A stretch of 28,625 nt of DNA from a virus (taxonomy: Duplodnaviria > Caudoviricetes), in the IMG/VR virus record IMGVR_UViG_3300012041_000053, positions 1 through 28,625 of that record. One strand, 5' to 3'. The position numbers and the translations under genes are program-made. The notes below the pieces were generated by a model. It made no database searches. It saw only the letters and a list, made by a program, of their open reading frames with translations, and was not told where the DNA came from. Shown here piece by piece: positions 17,542 to 25,810 of this stretch (positions are counted from its first letter, which is position 1; each line of letters begins with the position of its first letter).

Positions 17542-18318
17542 TTAATCAGTATCATTAAATATATTTTGTTTCCAATATTGCTTGAACTTTTCATCTTTAG
17601 CTAATATCTTAAATGCCTTACGTTTCATTTGCCCAATAGCTTGTTTTGATACACCATACATTTCACTTATAGTACTTTCAGTAATCTTTATTACACCAGC
17701 TTGTTTTGTATTTGCCGAAAAAACGGCTTTTACTATATCATAGTACTTTTCTTTTGGTAGTATTGATTTAACATAATCCCAAAACTCCGTTTCTTTTTCA
17801 AAGGTAGTTGGTTCAGTAATTAAATCGTCAAAGTTATGGTTATTGTAGGTTAAAGTATCACCTATTGTATCTTCACTTGTATCACCTAAAGTAGTTGAAG
17901 TGGATATATAATTAACTTCTTTTATCTTACCAGCTTTAATATCCCTTATAACACTACTTTTTTTGCGTATAGTTGATTCATTATACCTAAAATCATCATA
18001 TATTTCATTGTTGATATAAGGTTTAGCAAATGAACTAAAAGTAAAACCTTTGGTTGGGTCATAGTTTCTTATAGCTTTAATTAATCCAATACCACCAATT
18101 GAGATTAAATCTTCTTTTGTGTTATGTAATTGATAGAATTTATTACTAAAGGTTAATACAAGTCTTAGATTATAGTTGAATAGTATAGATTCTAATTCCT
18201 TTGTAGGGTTTTCTTTATATTGAATAAATAAAGCTAATTGTTCTTCATTGGTTAATGGTTTAACCTTTCTTAATTCTTTACATAGTCTTTCATAGTTATC
18301 AGTTTGTTGGTAAATCAC
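17542..18318 (-). CDS. Phage-encoded sigma70-family RNA polymerase sigma factor
   Basis: Region 1.2 (KELRKVKPLTNEEQ), region 2 (NLRLV; EDLISIGGIGLIKAIRNYDPTKGFTFSSFA), region 4 HTH (ISEMYGVSKQAIGQMKRKAFKIL). GTG start. Confidence 0.92.
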   Translation of the reverse strand: MIYQQTDNYERLCKELRKVKPLTNEEQLALFIQYKENPTKELESILFNYNLRLVLTFSNKFYQLHNTKEDLISIGGIGLIKAIRNYDPTKGFTFSSFAKPYINNEIYDDFRYNESTIRKKSSVIRDIKAGKIKEVNYISTSTTLGDTSEDTIGDTLTYNNHNFDDLITEPTTFEKETEFWDYVKSILPKEKYYDIVKAVFSANTKQAGVIKITESTISEMYGVSKQAIGQMKRKAFKILAKDEKFKQYWKQNIFNDTD

Positions 18319-18345
18319 TTTATAAATTAATTAGTTTGTGTTATG

Positions 18346-18456
18346 TTAATTTAATTGTTCAACTGTAAGTGCAATTGAGTTATAAATATATTCTATATCC
18401 CTATCATCAAAATCTATTGAAATGAGATACTCTTCATAATAATCTTCGTTTGTCAT
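18346..18456 (-). CDS. Small acidic protein (36 aa), below the ORF-track cutoff
   Basis: MTNEDYYEEYLISIDFDDRDIEYIYNSIALTVEQLN*. First ORF after the promoter at 18489-18520. Confidence 0.55.
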   Translation of the reverse strand: MTNEDYYEEYLISIDFDDRDIEYIYNSIALTVEQLN

Positions 18457-18488
18457 ATTGAAAGTGTTAATTTGTTATTTATATACTC

Positions 18489-18520
18489 TAAAGGTACGAT
18501 TATTATTCCGATATTCCAAA
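18489..18520 (-). promoter_or_regulatory. sigmaA-type promoter (TTTA variant)
   Basis: Minus strand TTTG-N20-TACCTTTA. Confidence 0.65.
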
Positions 18521-18574
18521 TGAAATTTTAACAAAATATATTTTGACATTAGATATTATTAACTATATTGCCAA

Positions 18575-18720
18575 TTCAAATTCTTAATCAAATTCTTATT
18601 CAAATTCTTATTCAACTTCCTTTTCTATATCTACTTCCTTTTCTTCTTCTAAGGTTAGAGTTAGGTTAGGCTGGGTTAAGTTAGGTTAAGCAAAGATTAA
18701 TAAAAATAAATTTGGGTTAA
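18575..18720. repeat. Putative replication origin: tandem 12/18-mers plus phased RGGTTAR iterons
   Basis: (T/A)TCAAATTCTTA x3 (18575-18610), ACTTCCTTTTCT x2 at 18-bp spacing, and RGGTTAR at 18652, 18663, 18673, 18683 and 18714. Adjacent to the initiator gene. Confidence 0.7.
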
Positions 18721-18742
18721 TCAAAAATTAATCGTAACTTTA
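18711..18742 (+). promoter_or_regulatory. sigmaA-type promoter (TTTA variant) for the replication operon
   Basis: TTTG-N20-TAACTTTA upstream of ATG 18795. Confidence 0.6.
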
Positions 18743-18794
18743 TTAAAAATTAAGATATTTATTATCATAACACAAATATTTAAAATAAAAGACA

Positions 18795-19484
18795 ATGGAA
18801 AACACAAAAGGAGTATTAGTATTACGGTCATTTTATGAAGCAATTCAATGTTTAGAAAAAGAAGACCAATTAGAATTGTATAATGCAATAATGGAATATG
18901 GTTTAAATGGAGTTGAACCGAATTTTGAAAAGAAATATCTCAATGGTTACTTAAAGTTGATTATACCTAATATAGATTCTCAAATTAAGAAATATAAAGC
19001 AAGTGTAGAGAACGGTAAAAAAGGTGGTAAACCAACTGATAAAGAAAGACAACAAAAAAAAATTGAACAATTCAAGTATCAAAATCAAGCTGGTGAAGTA
19101 AAAGAAATTAACCCAAATGATTTTGATACTGCTGGTACTTGTGTAGCTGTAAATAAGACCGATTTAAGCAACGATAATACAAAAGTGGTAGATGAACACA
19201 CTTCAACTGAAAACGAACCGCAAAACGAAGATAATGAAGTTGATGAATATACTGATATTGAATTTCATTTAAAAAATGGAATAATAGTTTATGTACCAAC
19301 TGAACATAAAGAAATTTTCCAAACTCGAATAGTGATTAAAGATGAAAAACATAATATGATTAAAAAATTAAAAGACCGAATTAATCAAAAAGATTTTGAT
19401 TATTATTTAGATAGAGTAATAGATGATTTAATAAATAATGATATAATAGCTAATTCATTAAATACAACTACTAATATTAATTAA
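18795..19484 (+). CDS. Replication initiator-like protein (DUF6291-type N-terminus)
   Basis: SFYEAIQCL..EDQLELYNAIMEYGLNGVEP...IIPNIDSQIKKY....NGKKGGKP is the pattern of that family. Confidence 0.75.
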   Translation: MENTKGVLVLRSFYEAIQCLEKEDQLELYNAIMEYGLNGVEPNFEKKYLNGYLKLIIPNIDSQIKKYKASVENGKKGGKPTDKERQQKKIEQFKYQNQAGEVKEINPNDFDTAGTCVAVNKTDLSNDNTKVVDEHTSTENEPQNEDNEVDEYTDIEFHLKNGIIVYVPTEHKEIFQTRIVIKDEKHNMIKKLKDRINQKDFDYYLDRVIDDLINNDIIANSLNTTTNIN

Positions 19485-19485
19485 T

Positions 19486-19755
19486 ATGATAACTAAAGAA
19501 CAACAAAGACAAAATCTAATTGAATACTTACATAAATTAATATCAATTGATTTAAATATAGTTCAAATAAGGCAATTACGAGATTTTTTCTATAAGCAAT
19601 TTAATATTAATAAAATAAATAAAGATATGGATGCAATGGTTTATTTATATTGCGAAACTAAAAAAGAAAATGAACAATTGAAACGGGAACTAATATTAAT
19701 GAAACAAATAGCTAATTTTTATTTAAACAAAAAACATGATGAAACTAACAAGTAA
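19486..19755 (+). CDS. Hypothetical protein
   Basis: 89-aa ORF, 1 bp after the initiator stop. Confidence 0.7.
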   Translation: MITKEQQRQNLIEYLHKLISIDLNIVQIRQLRDFFYKQFNINKINKDMDAMVYLYCETKKENEQLKRELILMKQIANFYLNKKHDETNK

Positions 19756-20191
19756 AGGAAAAGGATTAGGAAAAGAAACAAAAACTATATTAAATAGTTT
19801 CAGTATCACCAATGGTACATTAAATCAAAATAAGTGCAAAGGTATATATATAAATATAATTACTTATGTGCAACCCGAATACGATTATAGAAAGGATTTA
19901 AGCACTTTTAAGACCGCATTTGCAAGGTATATGAATAATCATATCAATCATACTTTTCAATCCAATTTAGACCACATTATATACACCGTAGATGAAAGAG
20001 ATAGCAATCTAAACAATAGATTGAATACAACTCAAACACTATTACCGATTGAGATAAGTATAATCTTCAACGAAAAAGTAAAGTATAAAGAAATCTTAGA
20101 TGAAATTCTTATATTAAATAAGATAATTGTCATGTACTTTGAATCCTACAAAGGTTTAAATATTGAAGCTCAACGACATAAAAAAAATTAA
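19736..20191 (+). CDS. Hypothetical protein
   Basis: 151-aa ORF overlapping the previous gene. Confidence 0.7.
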   Translation: MMKLTSKGKGLGKETKTILNSFSITNGTLNQNKCKGIYINIITYVQPEYDYRKDLSTFKTAFARYMNNHINHTFQSNLDHIIYTVDERDSNLNNRLNTTQTLLPIEISIIFNEKVKYKEILDEILILNKIIVMYFESYKGLNIEAQRHKKN

Positions 20192-20199
20192 GAAAAAAA

Positions 20200-20231
20200 T
20201 TAGGATATGTGCAAAACTTTAGTTAAGTTTG
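20200..20231 (+). promoter_or_regulatory. sigmaA-type promoter
   Basis: TTAG-N20-TAAGTTTG upstream of ATG 20259. Confidence 0.7.
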
Positions 20232-20258
20232 TAGAGTTATAAATTTAAAAACAAGAAA

Positions 20259-21053
20259 ATGACAACAAAAAAAATTAAAACAGTTAAAGAAGTTAAAGAT
20301 GGTAATGATGCTTTTAAATTAGGTGTATATCAAGCATTAAACGATATACCAAAGTTAGAAAGTAAAAACCTACAATCGTGGGATAATGAAATGTATTCAG
20401 CTTATGTTTGTGGTTATGATGAAACGGTACTAAATAAAGATTTTTTAAATACTATTCCAAGTATGAGTTTTTCACCAAAGATGCTTACAATTGAACAATT
20501 AAAGGATTTAATGAGTACACATAAAACCTTTAATATATCAAATAAAATTGATAATATTGAAAAAATCGTTTGTAGAGAATTTGAAACAATGCAAACATTA
20601 GCTACAATAGCTTATGACCTAAAAGCATTTAAAGGACTTCATGTAGATACAATCAATAATTATCACTCAAAGGCTTTAATCTTATTTATCAATACTACTA
20701 AGTATCAAGGTAATATAGCAATCATTTGTAATGGTGCTGATTTATATGAAGTATGGAATATAGATAAAGAAAGTACAACTAAGGTATTAGATAATATTGA
20801 TTGTTTCAATATCCAAAAAGAATTAATCAAATGTTATGGTCATACCGAAAAAGATGAAAAATTATTCGATGCTATGATTAAATATTATGAGAATTTAATT
20901 ATAGAGGGTTACACCGTTAAAGATAATAAAATGTATTCACCAACTAATCAATTAATAAGTGATGAAAAGATTATACTTAAAAACTATGATGGTTTTATTG
21001 ATGTATATGAATTGCTTCTACCAAGTCTAAGAGAACGAAAATTAATCAAATAG
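20259..21053 (+). CDS. Hypothetical early protein (stand-alone unit)
   Basis: 264 aa with its own promoter and terminator. Confidence 0.8.
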   Translation: MTTKKIKTVKEVKDGNDAFKLGVYQALNDIPKLESKNLQSWDNEMYSAYVCGYDETVLNKDFLNTIPSMSFSPKMLTIEQLKDLMSTHKTFNISNKIDNIEKIVCREFETMQTLATIAYDLKAFKGLHVDTINNYHSKALILFINTTKYQGNIAIICNGADLYEVWNIDKESTTKVLDNIDCFNIQKELIKCYGHTEKDEKLFDAMIKYYENLIIEGYTVKDNKMYSPTNQLISDEKIILKNYDGFIDVYELLLPSLRERKLIK

Positions 21054-21075
21054 AAAACAAATTAATTAATATAAG

Positions 21076-21107
21076 AAATCCAAATAGAAATATTTGGATT
21101 TTTTTTT
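21076..21107 (+). terminator. Rho-independent terminator
   Basis: AAATCCAAATA-gaaa-TATTTGGATTT followed by a long T run. Confidence 0.85.
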
Positions 21108-21176
21108 ATCTACTATTTACATATTTTCTTTTTACTGCATATTTATATTAAATTATACAAACTAATTAATTTAAGT

Positions 21177-21656
21177 ATGGAAGAAAAAAACGATAACAAA
21201 GTAAAAGAACAATTCAAGCAATACTGCGATTCACAAAGCTGGTGTACCTTTAAAGGATTTTCAAAGAATAAATATGCTGGTTGGGATTGTAGCTATTATA
21301 GTGCCGATACACAAGGAAACGAAATAAGCGTCATAGCCGAACTAAAAGGTAAGGATAGCTACCCAAGTACCAGTAGAGATAGTTGGTTGCTTACAAAGGC
21401 TAAATACGATAAACTGACCCGATTGAAGATACAAATGCAAATTAAATATCCACAAGAACAATTTACTGTACATTATATACATATTTTTCCCGACAATCAA
21501 TTGTATATTTGGAATATAGATAATGTAGGAGCAACAAAACCATTGGTGCAAAAAGAACTACCCAATACTACTTACTTTGGTGAAAGTCATAAAGTGATAT
21601 TACCTATCTACTATTTAAATAATAATGAAACAATATTAAAAGATAAAATTAATTAA
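21177..21656 (+). CDS. PD-(D/E)XK-family nuclease (resolvase-like)
   Basis: WDC...IAELK catalytic pattern, followed by LL.K.KYDKL and YIWNI. Confidence 0.65.
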   Translation: MEEKNDNKVKEQFKQYCDSQSWCTFKGFSKNKYAGWDCSYYSADTQGNEISVIAELKGKDSYPSTSRDSWLLTKAKYDKLTRLKIQMQIKYPQEQFTVHYIHIFPDNQLYIWNIDNVGATKPLVQKELPNTTYFGESHKVILPIYYLNNNETILKDKIN

Positions 21657-21657
21657 T

Positions 21658-22023
21658 ATGAAAAATCAAATACTAAAAGATAAAATTATCCTACATTGCA
21701 AAGGCTTGAAATCAAAACGACCAAAGATATATCAAATGAGTTTAAACTTCTTAGTTGGTATGTTCTTTGAAAACGATTTGAATTGTGATGAAATGGATAT
21801 ATTAGACCAATATCAAGTAATACAAGCTATATTCTTATCACTAATCAAAGGCTTACTTGAAGAAAATGATTATGAAAACTTAGCTACAATAAGAGATATA
21901 TACTTTTCACTTCAACTACAAGTAGTAAATGAATTACAAGACCCAGTTGATTTAGAATGTTATGAATTAAGCAATGAATTTTTTGTATTAAAGATGAATG
22001 AAATAATTGGTAAAACTAAATAA
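21658..22023 (+). CDS. Hypothetical protein
   Basis: 121-aa acidic helical ORF in a tight operon. Confidence 0.7.
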   Translation: MKNQILKDKIILHCKGLKSKRPKIYQMSLNFLVGMFFENDLNCDEMDILDQYQVIQAIFLSLIKGLLEENDYENLATIRDIYFSLQLQVVNELQDPVDLECYELSNEFFVLKMNEIIGKTK

Positions 22024-22029
22024 ATTAAT

Positions 22030-22233
22030 ATGACTACTGATGAACAAAGAATGTTTGAAGAACTTTTAGCATTTAATAAAGCTGATGAATCTATTTTAAA
22101 TGCTTTAAAGAATATAGCTACTCCCTATGGTGTACCGCAACCAATTGGTTGCTGGTGTAAACAAGTAAATAAAGATACATATCTTACGCAATTAAGAGAT
22201 TGGTATATTAATCATATTAACGATAATGAGTAA
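22030..22233 (+). CDS. Hypothetical small protein (CxC)
   Basis: 67 aa with GCWCK. Overlaps the next gene. Confidence 0.65.
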   Translation: MTTDEQRMFEELLAFNKADESILNALKNIATPYGVPQPIGCWCKQVNKDTYLTQLRDWYINHINDNE

Positions 22234-22807
22234 AGCCGAATTAGATTTATTCTTTTTATCACAAATGGATAAGATGAAAGAGATTATACCGAAAACTATA
22301 AGTAAGTATAAAAAGTTTCACTTAGAAACTGATGTAGTTATAGCTGAAACTTATATCCATTTAATTAATAAGATAGATTTAATACATGATGAATCAATTG
22401 CTAAATCGTTTCTAATAACATTTATTCAAAGAAATATAATGTGGGAATTTTCCCAAATAAATAAAAAAGAAACTGTTAATAACTTTACTGATGATTGGCA
22501 ACCCAATGAACAAGTAGATGATATTGATGATGCTTTATTAGATAAAATCAATATAGAAAACTGGTACAACGAAAAACGTGCTATATGTGAATTGTATAGG
22601 ATGCAAGAAAAAGATAAATATAAATGTATTATATATGATTGTTACTTTCATAAAGGTTTAACCAAAGGTGTAGCATTAGCAAAACATTTAAGAGTTAATA
22701 AAGATTATGGTTGTAGCTATGTTAAACAACTTAAATTAGACCTATTCAATTTCTATTTAGCTTATAAAGATAAACCAAACAATATATATTACAAAGGAAT
22801 AATATAA
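22226..22807 (+). CDS. Sigma-like / late transcription regulator (divergent ECF-like)
   Basis: 193 aa. DVVIAETYIHL resembles region 2, and IYDCYFHKGLTKGVALAKHLRVNKDYGCSYVKQLK resembles a region-4 HTH. Sits directly before TerS. Confidence 0.5.
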   Translation: MSKAELDLFFLSQMDKMKEIIPKTISKYKKFHLETDVVIAETYIHLINKIDLIHDESIAKSFLITFIQRNIMWEFSQINKKETVNNFTDDWQPNEQVDDIDDALLDKINIENWYNEKRAICELYRMQEKDKYKCIIYDCYFHKGLTKGVALAKHLRVNKDYGCSYVKQLKLDLFNFYLAYKDKPNNIYYKGII

Positions 22808-22832
22808 GCAACTTATTCAAGTTGCTTTTTTT
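22806..22832 (+). terminator. Rho-independent terminator
   Basis: AAGCAACTT-attc-AAGTTGCTT followed by a T run. Confidence 0.8.
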
Positions 22833-22845
22833 AATATTAAATAAT

Positions 22846-23223
22846 ATGAAACTGAATAATAAACATAATCTTTTTATTGAAGCATACTTAATAAATGGCT
22901 ATAATGCAACTGATGCGTATCTAACTGCCTATCCTAAAGTATGTTACGATACTGCTAATACTAATGGTGCAAGGTTGCTCGCAAAGGCTTGTATCAAAGA
23001 AGTGATTGAAGCAAAGAAAAAAGAATTAGCAAATACTTGTAATGTTACTAAAGCACAAATAGCAAATGTAATGTTATCAATTATGGATGATGAAACAACG
23101 AAAAAGAATGATAGAATTAAGGCTGGTGAGGTGTTAAATAAAATGTTTGGATATAATGCACCAATTGAACAAAATATAAGCTTAAACGTAGAGCAACCGC
23201 TATTTCCCGATGTAGATGATTAA
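22846..23223 (+). CDS. terS: Terminase small subunit
   Basis: LNNKHNLFIEAYLINGYNATDAYLTAY...ANTNGARLL and RIKAGEVLNKMFG. ATG 22846 preferred because the TTG at 22822 lies inside the terminator. Confidence 0.9.
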   Translation: MKLNNKHNLFIEAYLINGYNATDAYLTAYPKVCYDTANTNGARLLAKACIKEVIEAKKKELANTCNVTKAQIANVMLSIMDDETTKKNDRIKAGEVLNKMFGYNAPIEQNISLNVEQPLFPDVDD

Positions 23224-24385
23224 TTTTCAATATACAACTGCTATAAGGAAAATGCGTAAAATGAAACAACGTATTAAAATAGTACAAGGTTCAAGTAGTG
23301 CTGGTAAAACATTTGGTATAATACCTATATTAATTGATATGGGTATTAAGAATCCATTAACTACTATAAGTATTGTTAGTGAAAGTTTACCACATTTAAG
23401 GCGTGGTGCTATTAAGGATTTTCTTACAATAATGAAATCCACTAATAGATATATTGATTCACATTGGAATAAAACAAATAGTGTATATACTTTTAGTAAT
23501 GGAAGCTATATAGAGTTCTTTTCAGTTGAAGATGATACTAAATTAAGAGGTGCAAGACGTAATTGCTTATATGTTAACGAAGCAAACAATATCAACTATC
23601 CAGCATATACACAATTAGCAATGCGAACCGATGGTGATATATGGTTAGACTATAACCCAACACATAAATTTTGGGTAGAAGAAATATTAGATGAGGGTGA
23701 TGCTGAAAGAATTATTTTAACATATAAAGATAATGAAGCATTAAGCAAAACTGTTATCAACTTCTTAGAATCTAAAAGACAATTAGCTTTAACTTCAAAC
23801 TATTGGGAAAACTGGTGTAAGGTTTATTTAGATGGGCTTGTCGGTTCATTAGAGGGGGTTATTTTCAACGATTATACTATTATGGATAAACTACCCACCG
23901 AAGCTGAATTAATTGCTTACGGTGTCGATTTTGGTTTTAGTAATGACCCAAGTACTGTTACTGGTGTATATAGATATAATGGTGAAATCATATTAGATGA
24001 AGTAATATATCAAAAAGGTTTATTAACAAATGAATTAGCTAAATTGATGAAACAAAATGAAGTTAATGGAAATGTATTTTGTGATAGTGCCGACCCTCGA
24101 AGTATTGCTGAATTAAGAGCATTTGGTATTAGTGCTTATGCTGTTAAAAAAGGTGCTGATAGTATTTTATATGGTATTAACTTAATGCAATCATATAAAT
24201 TAAGTGTAACGAAAAGAAGTACTAATTTAATACATGAATTAGATAACTATAAGTGGAGTGAATCCAAAGATGGTATTAAGTTAAATAAACCAATTGATAT
24301 ATTCAATCATTGTATAGATGGTGTAAGATATGTATTCCTAATGAGGTTGCAACATAAATCAAGTATTCCAATGATAAGTTTCTAA
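23216..24385 (+). CDS. terL: Terminase large subunit (PBSX-type)
   Basis: Walker A VQGSSSAGKT, Walker B LYVNEA, DYNP, nuclease motifs YGVDFGFSNDP and NHCIDGVRY. Confidence 0.95.
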   Translation: MINFQYTTAIRKMRKMKQRIKIVQGSSSAGKTFGIIPILIDMGIKNPLTTISIVSESLPHLRRGAIKDFLTIMKSTNRYIDSHWNKTNSVYTFSNGSYIEFFSVEDDTKLRGARRNCLYVNEANNINYPAYTQLAMRTDGDIWLDYNPTHKFWVEEILDEGDAERIILTYKDNEALSKTVINFLESKRQLALTSNYWENWCKVYLDGLVGSLEGVIFNDYTIMDKLPTEAELIAYGVDFGFSNDPSTVTGVYRYNGEIILDEVIYQKGLLTNELAKLMKQNEVNGNVFCDSADPRSIAELRAFGISAYAVKKGADSILYGINLMQSYKLSVTKRSTNLIHELDNYKWSESKDGIKLNKPIDIFNHCIDGVRYVFLMRLQHKSSIPMISF

Positions 24386-24389
24386 TAAT

Positions 24390-24398
24390 AACAATATA
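24390..24398 (+). promoter_or_regulatory. AACAATATA putative late promoter element
   Basis: In the 33-bp gap between terL and the tail gene. Confidence 0.6.
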
Positions 24399-24418
24399 TT
24401 CATATAAATTAATATAAA

Positions 24419-25804
24419 ATGGCAATAACCGTAATAACACAAGCGCACCCAATACAACCAGTATTTAATACGATGCAATTTTCATTTTCAAGTGATAATT
24501 TCGATAAACAAGGGTTTAGATATGTAGTTGATATTTATGCAACTGATACTGATACATTATTATCAAGACAAAAAGTTGCACCATTAATTGATTTTACTGG
24601 TAAAATTGATATAAGTAGAATTATGGCTAATTATGTTACCTATGATTTTGCACAATTTCTTACAACAACTGACCCTGCAAGCAATTCATTTTTCAATTAC
24701 AATGTTAAAATAGGTGAGGAATATCTTACACCAGCTTGGGATTTTACTGGTACTACAACTTTAAGTGGTTATACAAGATTAAATAGTACAACTGCTAATA
24801 CACATACTTACGTTAATGGTAGTCAAGTTAATATTAGAACAACAAATAGTGCAAGTACATTAAATGGTTTACATACAGTAGTATCAGCAATCAGTTCAAC
24901 AAGTGTATTGGTGAATGTACCATTTGTAAGTACTTTAAGTGGAACTACTACCTTTGCCGACAATAGAAAAACTATATTTAGTGGTTTAACAAGTGTAACT
25001 GGTTTAACTATTTTTAATGGTGTACGTTCATTTGCTGAATACTTAAACTATTCAAGTAATTTAGTTAATGTAGGTACACCTAATACAATTAGAATTATGT
25101 TAACTGATTTACCAGTAACTAATTTTTATGCTACAAGTGGGCAAACATTATGGTTTAATGTAATGGTAACTAAAACTAATCCATATAACTATTGTTTAGT
25201 TGCTGAAAGTTCAAATAGTGCAAGTGCTATAACACAATGTGTAAGTGCTAATGATTTAAGAGAAGTAGTACAACTACCATTTAACTTTGATGATACTGGT
25301 TTTGATTTAGATACAACTGATTGGGTAGATTTATACATTGGTAGAGTAAGTGGTGCTACTACTGAAAGATTAACAATTAAGTATAGAGTATTTTTAGATA
25401 GAAGATGTACCATTAATGATTATCAAATAGCTTTTATGGATAGAATGGGTTCAATAGGTTCATTTAGCTTTCAATTAAGAGCAAAAGAAACTGGAACTAT
25501 ACAAAGAAGTCAATATAAAAAAGAAATACCTTATCCTTATGAAACAATTGATAAAGGTACAACTAATATTTGGATTGGTGTTGAAAAGGATTTAGAACTT
25601 AATACTAACTGGATGACCGAAGAAATGAATATTTACTTTGAACAACTATTATCAAGTCCTAATACATGGTTATTAGTTGGTGAACAATACTTTGCTATAA
25701 CAATTCTCGATTCAACATTTGAGATTGAGTTTCAAAAGAATAAAAGATTGATAAGAAAAACTATCAAAATAAGATTTGCAAATAATGATAGTGTAAATAT
25801 ATAA
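24419..25804 (+). CDS. Tail structural protein
   Basis: 461 aa, Thr/Ser-rich and beta-rich. FRYVVDIY, FMDRMGSIGSFSF, LNTNWMTEE and LLSSP motifs. Assignment from motifs and context. Confidence 0.65.
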   Translation: MAITVITQAHPIQPVFNTMQFSFSSDNFDKQGFRYVVDIYATDTDTLLSRQKVAPLIDFTGKIDISRIMANYVTYDFAQFLTTTDPASNSFFNYNVKIGEEYLTPAWDFTGTTTLSGYTRLNSTTANTHTYVNGSQVNIRTTNSASTLNGLHTVVSAISSTSVLVNVPFVSTLSGTTTFADNRKTIFSGLTSVTGLTIFNGVRSFAEYLNYSSNLVNVGTPNTIRIMLTDLPVTNFYATSGQTLWFNVMVTKTNPYNYCLVAESSNSASAITQCVSANDLREVVQLPFNFDDTGFDLDTTDWVDLYIGRVSGATTERLTIKYRVFLDRRCTINDYQIAFMDRMGSIGSFSFQLRAKETGTIQRSQYKKEIPYPYETIDKGTTNIWIGVEKDLELNTNWMTEEMNIYFEQLLSSPNTWLLVGEQYFAITILDSTFEIEFQKNKRLIRKTIKIRFANNDSVNI

Positions 25805-25810
25805 ATTTAT

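Noticed and set aside
18651-18690. TTAGG telomere-like repeats
   Set aside because: Internal, degenerate and next to an initiator gene, so better explained as iterons.
14487-21053. Stop-codon reassignment
   Set aside because: Genes are intact in the standard code, and TAG (14489, 21053) and TGA (14277, 15155) act as normal stops.
18755-21146. ATATTTAT before 18795 and 21177 as a middle promoter
   Set aside because: An all-AT 8-mer that also occurs in coding regions. Two upstream copies are not distinguishable from background.
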